Virus record (IMG/VR): IMGVR_UViG_3300042308_001616
Coordinates: 62,001 to 126,000 of that record
DNA length: 64,000 bases
Strand: one strand, 5' to 3'
A program made the position numbers and the translations under genes. Shown here piece after piece: positions 46,970-54,924 of this stretch. The notes under the pieces are model-generated. The model saw only the letters and a list, made by a program, of their open reading frames with translations, had not been told where the DNA came from and ran no database searches. How positions within the stretch are numbered: position 1 is the stretch's first letter; every line of letters starts with the position of its first letter.

Positions 46970-47938
46970 TTATCTACGGTTGAGCTCTCTCGAACGTAGT
47001 ATTTGGTCAAACCATCTGGACTTCTTTGGTATAACCATATCTCTTCCAGACCTAACATCAGATGTTTTAGTTCCTGGTGTAACTGTTCCAGTATCAACGA
47101 AACTACCAGTCGCACCATAAACTGCCCTATCGTCCCACGGACCTTCCAACCAAGTTTTATTCGTATCCATCATCTTTCCACCATCAGCACCATTAGTAGT
47201 TTTTCCAGGTTCTACACCATTATCACTACCCTTCCTGGAGAACTCACCAGTCAAAGTATCACGCATACCCGAACCATCCTCGTTCATATAACCGGGACCT
47301 GACATTCTATCAGTTCGGAAAGCTGGATAATATGTCTCGACGTTGAATGTTACCTTTAACTTTATGTTATTGTCTGATGTCAAATTTTTTTCTCTCGACA
47401 TCTCTACCTGGTTTGTATCAGGCATAACAATTACCGCGTCTATGTTCATAAAATTGAACTCAAAGTACATAAATCTATATAACCAAAGTGTATTCATTAT
47501 AGACTGACTACATTTGAAACTGTCAATCTCACTAGAAAGAAGTATTGTGAGATCGTAAGTCACGGAAATAGGAACTGCTCTCACCTTAGTTAAAACTTTA
47601 CGTATTTCCTTCTCATTCTCAACAACCATCCTAAGCCAAACATTTGGATTGGCAAATTCGTCAGATTTTATATTGAAACCGGTCATAGTAAGGTGTCCTC
47701 TAGGTATTATGTCGGTATTGAGTTCAACATACCGAGAATCGGAAACTATATCATCAGAGAAACTATCTAATAGAAAACGTTCATCACCAGTCATCGAATA
47801 ATAAATTGGCACTTCGACAAATTTATCACCTGAGGTGAAACGATTGGTCCACTTTATCTGACTCTCAAACGTATCCAGTACACAAACCGTAAGGTCGCGA
47901 AAGAATACGTCTTCATAATTAAACTTTTCACCTATCAT
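46970..47938 (-). CDS. gp15: Tail sheath stabiliser / terminator, T4 gp15-like
   Basis: FFRDLTV..LDTF, VEVPIYY, ERFL, IPRG, AVPISVTYDLTI pattern. Confidence 0.65.
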   Translation of the reverse strand: MIGEKFNYEDVFFRDLTVCVLDTFESQIKWTNRFTSGDKFVEVPIYYSMTGDERFLLDSFSDDIVSDSRYVELNTDIIPRGHLTMTGFNIKSDEFANPNVWLRMVVENEKEIRKVLTKVRAVPISVTYDLTILLSSEIDSFKCSQSIMNTLWLYRFMYFEFNFMNIDAVIVMPDTNQVEMSREKNLTSDNNIKLKVTFNVETYYPAFRTDRMSGPGYMNEDGSGMRDTLTGEFSRKGSDNGVEPGKTTNGADGGKMMDTNKTWLEGPWDDRAVYGATGSFVDTGTVTPGTKTSDVRSGRDMVIPKKSRWFDQILRSRELNRR

Positions 47939-47979
47939 AATTTATATATCAAAAGCATTCACCTTTCTAAAAAAAACCG

Positions 47980-48942
47980 ATGAGCACAAAAAACCTAATT
48001 CTGTGGGAGAAATGGCGACCTAAAAAAATAGAGGACGTGATATTATTACCTAGGATAAAAAATAGATTCAATGATGGGGTAACCCAACACTACATATTCC
48101 ATGGTCACTTTGGTACCGGAAAAACAAGCTTGGCTAGAATACTCATAGGTGAATATTCAAAAGACACCGCTTTTATGGATGTGAATTGTTCAGAAGAAAC
48201 GAGTATTGATTATCTAAGAGATGAGATATCTAAATTCTGTAAGACAATTCCTATGTTCGAAACCAAATCTGATCAAAAGTACGTTTTGTTGGATGAATTT
48301 GAGAGGATATCACCACAATATCAGGACGCACTAAAGGCATTCATCGAAAAGTATAACAACAAAGGTGTTAAGTTCATAATGTCAACAAATCACATTGACA
48401 AAGTGAGAGGAGGAATGAAGTCACGAATAAAGATGATAGACTTCGATTGTCAGAATATCGAAGAGGAGAGATATATGAAACAGGAGATATACAAACGAAT
48501 AAAGAATGTTATATTGCCTGCAGAAGGAAAGGATATGTCTAAAGAACAACTCGTTCCAATTATAAACAGATGGTTTCCAGACTTCCGAAAAATACTTGTA
48601 GAAGTCGATGACTTCCTAATATCCGGTGGTGATAGTTCAGAAGGTGGAAACGTATCAGTAAAGGACAAAAATGAACTCTACTCAATATTGCACGGGAATT
48701 CTGATTATGACACAATATACCACTTCATAATGAACACTTTCGGTCCTGACAAAGTATCAGAAATGTTGAAACTTATGGGTAGACCTTTTGTGGATTGGTG
48801 TGTAGAGAACGACAGATTCGTAGATAAACTATTCGAATGTAATCACATAATCACAGAATATGTTCCATTGTTAGACTCCAACACAGATCCTGTTATATTA
48901 GGTATGTCAGCGATAGGTAAGTTTAGAGAAATACTTTCATAA
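47980..48942 (+). CDS. gp44: Sliding-clamp loader large subunit (RFC / gp44-like AAA+)
   Basis: WEKWRPKKIEDVIL, Walker A GHFGTGKTS, Walker B LLDEFE, FPDFRK. Confidence 0.9.
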   Translation: MSTKNLILWEKWRPKKIEDVILLPRIKNRFNDGVTQHYIFHGHFGTGKTSLARILIGEYSKDTAFMDVNCSEETSIDYLRDEISKFCKTIPMFETKSDQKYVLLDEFERISPQYQDALKAFIEKYNNKGVKFIMSTNHIDKVRGGMKSRIKMIDFDCQNIEEERYMKQEIYKRIKNVILPAEGKDMSKEQLVPIINRWFPDFRKILVEVDDFLISGGDSSEGGNVSVKDKNELYSILHGNSDYDTIYHFIMNTFGPDKVSEMLKLMGRPFVDWCVENDRFVDKLFECNHIITEYVPLLDSNTDPVILGMSAIGKFREILS

Positions 48943-48973
48943 CCGAGAGGTAGCGTACACTAATATATAGTGT

Positions 48974-49348
48974 ATGGCTTTCAACTTCAAAGACTTCAGT
49001 ATATCCTATAAAGGTCATCCTCGATACAATGATTTCGATTTGATTGAGGACGACCCTGTAAGAGTAATACTACAGAAATATGAGATGGTACTTTTCACCA
49101 ACAAAGGTGATGTATTTGGTGATTTAGATTTTGGATGTGATTTAGAGTACTTACTACACGAAACAAAAGTCGATTCTACTTATGTAGAAACAATAATATT
49201 GACACAAATTGATAAATACATAGAAGAGATGAAGAACACAAACTATTCTCTAAATGTAAAATTCTACGATGATCCAGAAAGGTTTCAAGATTGGATGGAA
49301 ATAAACTTCCAAATCAATGATTATGAGGTTTATGTGGCAGTAGGCTAA
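48974..49348 (+). CDS. gp25: Baseplate wedge gp25-like protein
   Basis: LFTNKGD...DFGCDLEYLLHE resembles the gp25 T..GER...PxFGxxL..LLFE pattern. Confidence 0.65.
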   Translation: MAFNFKDFSISYKGHPRYNDFDLIEDDPVRVILQKYEMVLFTNKGDVFGDLDFGCDLEYLLHETKVDSTYVETIILTQIDKYIEEMKNTNYSLNVKFYDDPERFQDWMEINFQINDYEVYVAVG

Positions 49349-49545
49349 CCTAAACGTTTTACAAATTCGAAAAACCTATCAATTTTAGATTCTCTAACAG
49401 ATGTAGGTAAATCATTATACTTTAGTCCTGAAGTCCAATCACTATCAAATACCCATTTCATATTCTTCGGTGCCTTCTTCTTAGATTTATACTTTCTGCG
49501 CATTGCCCAGATATATTTGAATTGACTCTTAGATTTTGCCGGCAT
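49345..49545 (-). CDS. Small basic hypothetical protein
   Basis: 66 aa, MPAKSKSQFKYIWAMR; C-terminal KIDRFFEFVK. Confidence 0.6.
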   Translation of the reverse strand: MPAKSKSQFKYIWAMRRKYKSKKKAPKNMKWVFDSDWTSGLKYNDLPTSVRESKIDRFFEFVKRLG

Positions 49546-49552
49546 AATAAAC

Positions 49553-50200
49553 TTATTTTATTGGACAATGTGTCGCAGAGTATATGAACTTATCATTTCT
49601 ATTTAGACGAACACCCATAACCTTTGCAGCCACCTCAACATCATCGAGACACTCACGATCTGCACCACCAACGAGTATAACCTCATTTATCGACATACTC
49701 TCATTCGTCGATTGTGCCTGATTTATCTCATCAAATAAATCATATAACTTTTTAGGCAAATGGTACCAAATATGATTATTACCAATATAAATTATCAATG
49801 TTCCTTCTTTAGTTGGAAAACTATCTCCCTTTACAAGAGAACCTTCTTCTTCTTTAGACTTTATTTCATCATATACTGAGTTGTCAAGTATCTTACGATA
49901 AAAATCTACATCTACATCATAATTATATCTCTTCTCTATTAGGTCATTTTGATTTGGAAAATGGTAGAGATCATCATTCGTAGGCATATCGGGATCCTCA
50001 TCATATAGATAGTCTTTATCCACATTCTTACCATCGACATGATTGTCCCATATTTGGTATACACTACCAAAATTTCTACAATAATCCTTCAATTGACTTA
50101 CATAATTTTCTGTAAAGAATTTCGAAAATGACTTTTGTACGTCTACTATTATAAGAACGTCTTTTGAAAAGTGTGATTCGAATGTCTTAAGATACCTCAT
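49553..50200 (-). CDS. Isochorismatase / nicotinamidase-like cysteine hydrolase with CTS-like N-terminus
   Basis: IIVDVQ (Asp), IEKRY (Lys), VGGADRECL (Cys) triad; begins MRYLKTFES. Confidence 0.65.
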   Translation of the reverse strand: MRYLKTFESHFSKDVLIIVDVQKSFSKFFTENYVSQLKDYCRNFGSVYQIWDNHVDGKNVDKDYLYDEDPDMPTNDDLYHFPNQNDLIEKRYNYDVDVDFYRKILDNSVYDEIKSKEEEGSLVKGDSFPTKEGTLIIYIGNNHIWYHLPKKLYDLFDEINQAQSTNESMSINEVILVGGADRECLDDVEVAAKVMGVRLNRNDKFIYSATHCPIK

Positions 50201-50203
50201 AGT

Positions 50204-51214
50204 TTATTTCTTTTTTCTAAGTAATGGGTTTATATTCTTTACATATCCCTTTCTCGCAGAAGGCAAGAAACCTATCATAGTAAGAAAGGTGCCTTCCCTC
50301 AGAATGTCGATTATCTCCTTTGGACGCCATTCACTACCCCATAACCCAAGTCTCTCATCAAACTCCTTACAGATGGATTTTATATAGTCTGAATTATCTT
50401 TATTCCTATCAATCGGAAGTGAAAGTGATATACAAAACTCAACATCATCCGGTACGTCTTTGATAAGATTCACATAAACGTCCGGCGCATAGAAGGTATC
50501 AACATTCCAGACAAGTTTACCCAAACCTACTTGTGTATAACTACGTGATTTTAACATTTGTGCGTTAAACTTAATTACGTGGTGTCTATTATTTTTGTAG
50601 ATTATAGAGAACTCAATCTCAAAGTCATGTTCATCGAAACCCTCGAGTGTCGCAGTCACGATGTCTCTGAACTCATAAGGATCGATGTTCCATTTATCCA
50701 TCACAAACGTGGCAGGGTCAGGAAGTGAAGACTCATTCATTCCGTATTTTTTTCGGTAATAATTTTGATAAATCTCAGTATCACCACTATATCTCAACGA
50801 GAAGAAAATATTTTCTGATAGTTCTATCACACCGGAGGAATGATAAGGAATACCAGAGTCAGATATGAAATTATTTAAATCTTTTACGAAACCATCGTAG
50901 TCATTTGGCATTTCGACCCAGAACTCGATGTTCGGCTCTATACTACTATGTCCACTTTCACCATTCTCAATCAATGCCGACAAATTGTGCCAATACGGAC
51001 CTTCTTTGAATTTTACACCGTTATATTCAAATACCCTACAAGTTTCACCATTCTGCCTAATATAGAATACTATCTCGAACTCATGCGAGTCGTATGTCAG
51101 TGCTAGTGAGTCAATCATATCCTTCAATAAGTTGAAGTCTACCTCCCAGTATTGTTCTATAATATCCGTCGGATTGAAACCAGTGACCGACTCAAAAGTC
51201 TTTAAATACCTCAT
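50204..51214 (-). CDS. Hypothetical protein with CTS-like N-terminus and internal duplication
   Basis: Start moved to MRYLKTFESV after TAATATATA; two similar segments (P...I...W.VD...HEFEIVFYI / P...V...WNID...HDFEIEFSI). Confidence 0.7.
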   Translation of the reverse strand: MRYLKTFESVTGFNPTDIIEQYWEVDFNLLKDMIDSLALTYDSHEFEIVFYIRQNGETCRVFEYNGVKFKEGPYWHNLSALIENGESGHSSIEPNIEFWVEMPNDYDGFVKDLNNFISDSGIPYHSSGVIELSENIFFSLRYSGDTEIYQNYYRKKYGMNESSLPDPATFVMDKWNIDPYEFRDIVTATLEGFDEHDFEIEFSIIYKNNRHHVIKFNAQMLKSRSYTQVGLGKLVWNVDTFYAPDVYVNLIKDVPDDVEFCISLSLPIDRNKDNSDYIKSICKEFDERLGLWGSEWRPKEIIDILREGTFLTMIGFLPSARKGYVKNINPLLRKKK

Positions 51215-51232
51215 ATCGTTATATATTAAAAC

Positions 51233-51260
51233 AAAAAACCCGTCTTTGAGACGGGTTTTT
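51233..51260. terminator. Terminator
   Basis: AAAAACCCGTC-tttga-GACGGGTTTTT. Confidence 0.8.
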
Positions 51261-51274
51261 AAATTTTTCAAATA

Positions 51275-51910
51275 TTATAAAGGTAATTCTTCTTCACCTT
51301 CTTCGTTTTCTTCTTCGTTTTCTTCTTCGTTTTCTTCTTCACCCTCTTGTGCTTGACCTTGTGGTTGAACTTGAGTTTGAACTTGAGTTTGGGCTGGTTG
51401 TGCTTGTGCAGGTTGTCCTTGTGCATTAGGCTCTTCAAACTCTCCACCTTCAGGTACTTGTGCTTGACCTTCTGGTTGAACTTGAGTTTGAACCGGTTCT
51501 TGTGCTTGTGTAGGTTGTGCCTTAACCTGTGCTTGGCCTTCAGATCCTTCTTCAGTAGATGCAGGAGTTTGTGCTTGTGCAGGTTGTCCCTGTGCCTGTG
51601 CTTGACCCATTAATGCACCACCTGGTATTTTATCTAAATCCAGACCTGTTGTAGTGATGTATTGTAAAAGTTGCTCAGCAATCTCTACATCTCCAAAAAA
51701 CTGGCGAAGATTCTTACCGGTTGTGTCCTTTACTTTCTTAACGTAAGAGTTTATCAATGATTGTGGAATGTCCACCATAGACCTTACCTTATAAACGTCA
51801 CCTACCTGCAAAACGGATTCTTTAATCGCCTCATCGAAAGCAGAAGGATCAACTGAAGAAAACTTACTCTTAATGTTTCTGTAAGAGTCATACGTTCTGA
51901 TGTGTTTCAT
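51275..51910 (-). CDS. Hypothetical protein with CTS-like N-terminus and Q/A/P and Glu-rich tail
   Basis: Begins MKHIRTYDSY; low-complexity C-half. Confidence 0.7.
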   Translation of the reverse strand: MKHIRTYDSYRNIKSKFSSVDPSAFDEAIKESVLQVGDVYKVRSMVDIPQSLINSYVKKVKDTTGKNLRQFFGDVEIAEQLLQYITTTGLDLDKIPGGALMGQAQAQGQPAQAQTPASTEEGSEGQAQVKAQPTQAQEPVQTQVQPEGQAQVPEGGEFEEPNAQGQPAQAQPAQTQVQTQVQPQGQAQEGEEENEEENEEENEEGEEELPL

Positions 51911-51972
51911 TTGTTTAATATTTTTTTATAGGTTATATATTATTCCGGAAAACCGCCTTTTATCCTTTTCTT

Positions 51973-52455
51973 TTAAATGGCGAATAATACGAGACATACA
52001 CCTGCGGCAAATCCAGATAATCCGAACCACCACTTTTTATGTTTCTCTTTTTCCAAATTATTAGACAATTTTGAGTTATCAACAACAACTCGTCTTATCT
52101 TATCTTCCTGGTAAACATCAACCTTTTTATATGTATCAATCTGTGCCTCCCTTATAGAAACCATTTCGTCCTTAGTGTTTATTATCTCTTCCTGTTTCTT
52201 TATTATACTATCACATATAGACAATTTTCTTTCGAAATCCAGATTTTTCTTCTCGAGAGATAATACTAACGTATCACACTCGGATTTCCTCATCTCATAA
52301 AGTTCATTTATTTGAAGTGTTTTGTAAAAATATTCCATATGTTTCCTATTCAAAAAGAATCCTTTCTGACCATTGTCTGTAATTGGTCTTGGAGATTCCT
52401 GTGATTGACAAAAAAACGTAATTAGAATAGAAAGCAATAGTATAAACTTCTTCAT
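51973..52455 (-). CDS. Secreted coiled-coil protein with C-terminal TM (spanin-like candidate)
   Basis: Signal peptide MKKFILLLSILITFFC, coiled coil, C-terminal KKWWFGLSGFAAGVCLVLFAI. Confidence 0.5.
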   Translation of the reverse strand: MKKFILLLSILITFFCQSQESPRPITDNGQKGFFLNRKHMEYFYKTLQINELYEMRKSECDTLVLSLEKKNLDFERKLSICDSIIKKQEEIINTKDEMVSIREAQIDTYKKVDVYQEDKIRRVVVDNSKLSNNLEKEKHKKWWFGLSGFAAGVCLVLFAI

Positions 52456-52456
52456 A

Positions 52457-52849
52457 TCATTTTGGTAATTTTAATCTGACTGCATCAGACAAATCTTCGT
52501 CAGACATATCTACTTTAGATTTCTTCAATTTGGCAATCATACGATCATTTTCAGCAAGCCTAAGCTTTGATTTCCTTATAATCTCATCCTTTTTCCTCAT
52601 CTCTTCGGTCATACGTGATAACTCAGAATTCAACGATAAAACTTCTTCCGATAATTTGTCAGAATGTACAGAAATAGAGTCAAACCGTGCATTCATATTA
52701 CCACATACAATCATCAAAGAGTCTATCTTCTTATGTGTATCATCATAAATAACCTTTGGTGGAGTGTTACAACTCTTTATATTTAGTAAAACCGATATAA
52801 CGAAAGCGACCAAAATCAAAAAATAGATATAAGATTTGTCTATTTTCAT
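52457..52849 (-). CDS. N-terminal TM plus coiled-coil protein (i-spanin-like candidate)
   Basis: YIYFLILVAFVISVLL then a long heptad region; start moved to MKIDKS. Confidence 0.5.
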   Translation of the reverse strand: MKIDKSYIYFLILVAFVISVLLNIKSCNTPPKVIYDDTHKKIDSLMIVCGNMNARFDSISVHSDKLSEEVLSLNSELSRMTEEMRKKDEIIRKSKLRLAENDRMIAKLKKSKVDMSDEDLSDAVRLKLPK

Positions 52850-52882
52850 AAAACTGTTCAATTTTTAGTTATATATAATTCG

Positions 52883-52890
52883 TATATTTG
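52883..52890 (+). promoter_or_regulatory. Bacteroidota-type -7 promoter box (TATATTTG)
   Basis: Exact TAnnTTTG upstream of ATG 52913. Confidence 0.6.
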
Positions 52891-52912
52891 TACATATAAA
52901 ATAAAAGCAATA

Positions 52913-53449
52913 ATGACAAAAAAATTAGTCTGCTTCGACTTCGACGACACGTTGTTCCATACACCTAGTCCAGAAGAAGGAAAAAATATTTGGCAAGAAG
53001 CCACAGGTAAGGAATGGCCATACATAGGATGGTGGGGTAAACACGAAACACTCGACACCGACATATTCGAAATACCAATGAACGAATGGGTAAAGGAAAA
53101 GTATTTCGAACACGTAGAGGATCCAGAAACAAAAGTAATTGTGGCAACCGGAAGGTTGAATAAAGTAAAGGGTATGAGAGAGAATATTGACAAAATATTC
53201 GAAAAGAATGATTTAACATTCCACGAAGTTCACCTAAACTGGGGAGGAGATACACTTGACTTCAAAAAGAAACTTTTTGGACAGAAATTAGACGAACAAA
53301 AATACGATGAATTCATAATGTTTGATGATCGACAGGAACACCTACCTCATTTTGAAGAGTGGGCAGAGATAGAAGCAATCAACAGAAATATGAATATAAC
53401 CGTCGTGGACGTAGTTAACAAAACATTAAAAACATTCAATCCATATTAG
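52913..53449 (+). CDS. HAD-family phosphatase (Swiss-army-knife RNA-repair-like)
   Basis: FDFDDTLFHTP, WWGKHETL, ATGR, MFDDRQEH motifs. Confidence 0.8.
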   Translation: MTKKLVCFDFDDTLFHTPSPEEGKNIWQEATGKEWPYIGWWGKHETLDTDIFEIPMNEWVKEKYFEHVEDPETKVIVATGRLNKVKGMRENIDKIFEKNDLTFHEVHLNWGGDTLDFKKKLFGQKLDEQKYDEFIMFDDRQEHLPHFEEWAEIEAINRNMNITVVDVVNKTLKTFNPY

Positions 53450-53511
53450 AGTTGATGACATAAGGGAGTTTGACTTAGTTTATATATAAAATAAATCAAT
53501 TAAACAAACTT

Positions 53512-54408
53512 ATGTCAAAAAGAAAAACTTTAAAAGAGTGGCAAGAAGAAAGTAATATAATACACAAAAACGAGTTCGTTATATTAGAAGAACCAAAAAG
53601 TGGCTCACATAATGTACCCATACTACACAAAAAATGTGGCAACATAATAAGTATGAAGTTGAACAATCACACAAAAAGATATTGTACCTTTTGTTCAGGT
53701 AAAAACAAAAAAAGTTTGGAGCAATACCAAGAAAAAAGTAACTTTATACACAATGGTGAATATCGTATTTTAGAAAATCCGATAAACGTTAAGAATAAAG
53801 TCAAAATATTACACAACAAATGTGGTGGTATATTTGAAATAACTATGAATAACCATATCAACCATAAACAAAAATGTAGACTATGCGGAACTAACTCCCG
53901 TAAGTCTAATGATTATTGGTTAGAGAGAAGTAGAGAAATATGGGGAACCGATTACACAATATTGGATTATATAGAAACTGTTCACCATAAAGTAGAAATA
54001 CTTCACAATATATGTGGAAGGAAACATAAAAAAAATATGAATTCATTCATACACGGTGAAAGAGGATGTCCATTTTGCACAAAGGATTTAAAATATTCGG
54101 AAAAGTATATAACAGATTACTTAACTAACAAATCAATAAGATTTGAAACCGAAAAAACCTTTGACGACTTAATTAATCCAAAGACTGGTAGAAAACTTAG
54201 ATATGATTTTTATCTACCAGATTTAAATATAATTATAGAAACACACGGTGTACAACATTACAAACCAATAGAACATTGGCACGGTGAGAAAGGATACGAA
54301 GAACAGGTATATCGAGATAGAATAAAAGAAGAATATCTCAAAGAAAAAGAAATAAAATACATAGTACTAAACAACAAAGAGTTAACTAAAATAAAGGAAA
54401 TAGTATGA
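53512..54408 (+). CDS. Homing endonuclease with three HxxCG..CxxC repeats and a PD-(D/E)XK-like C-domain
   Basis: HKKCG, HNKCG, HNICG with CxxC; LRYDFYLP..IIETHGVQHY. Confidence 0.75.
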   Translation: MSKRKTLKEWQEESNIIHKNEFVILEEPKSGSHNVPILHKKCGNIISMKLNNHTKRYCTFCSGKNKKSLEQYQEKSNFIHNGEYRILENPINVKNKVKILHNKCGGIFEITMNNHINHKQKCRLCGTNSRKSNDYWLERSREIWGTDYTILDYIETVHHKVEILHNICGRKHKKNMNSFIHGERGCPFCTKDLKYSEKYITDYLTNKSIRFETEKTFDDLINPKTGRKLRYDFYLPDLNIIIETHGVQHYKPIEHWHGEKGYEEQVYRDRIKEEYLKEKEIKYIVLNNKELTKIKEIV

Positions 54409-54686
54409 GTACAAAAATTAAAGAACAAGTAGAGTCTAAGGTAGAAGAGATTTTATCAAAACCTTATGTGTTGATTTTAGAAAATGATGATTATAATAGT
54501 TTCGATTGGGTAATCACATGTCTAATGAAGGTTTGTAAACATGAGTACGAACAAGCCAACCAATGTGCACACATAGTACATTTCAAAGGTAGATGTGATG
54601 TAAAATACGGAGACTATGATTTAATTTCAGAAATGAAAGATAAACTAAAAGGTGCTGGTCTTTCCGTAACTATGGAGGCAAACTAA
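54405..54686 (+). CDS. clpS: ATP-dependent Clp protease adaptor ClpS
   Basis: LILENDDYNSFDWVITCL, AHIVHFKGRCDV. Confidence 0.88.
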   Translation: MSTKIKEQVESKVEEILSKPYVLILENDDYNSFDWVITCLMKVCKHEYEQANQCAHIVHFKGRCDVKYGDYDLISEMKDKLKGAGLSVTMEAN

Positions 54687-54924
54687 TGTGTATATAGAAA
54701 AGGGATAACGACTATGTCGACTACGAAGTAATCGGTGCCGGAAACCTACGTATAAGTAATTCATGCACCTGGCAGTGTGGTGGAAAAAAAGGGTTCAGTA
54801 TCGGAGCAGAATGGGCAAACACGGTTACGCAGGAGGTGTAATTTCGAACGAGGACGCAATCAAACTAGCGAGACATATACTTAGGACTGTAAATTTAGGT
54901 GAACTGATACCGGACGAAGATTAG
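54686..54924 (+). pseudogene. Disrupted small gene (premature TAG plus 1-nt deletion)
   Basis: ATG TGT ATA TAG AAA... continues KRDNDYVDYEVIGAGNLRISNSCTWQCGGKKGFSIGAEW, then a shifted frame gives KHGYAGGVISNEDAIKLARHIL...DED-TAG; span 239 nt (3n-1). Confidence 0.5.

Noticed and set aside
46906-47118. N-terminal 71 codons of the 498-aa ORF 45622..47118, and similar extensions at 5265, 23307, 27610, 31321, 33502, 38038, 51271 and 52861
   Set aside because: They overlap neighbouring genes or lie upstream of the TATATA motif; downstream ATGs fit better.
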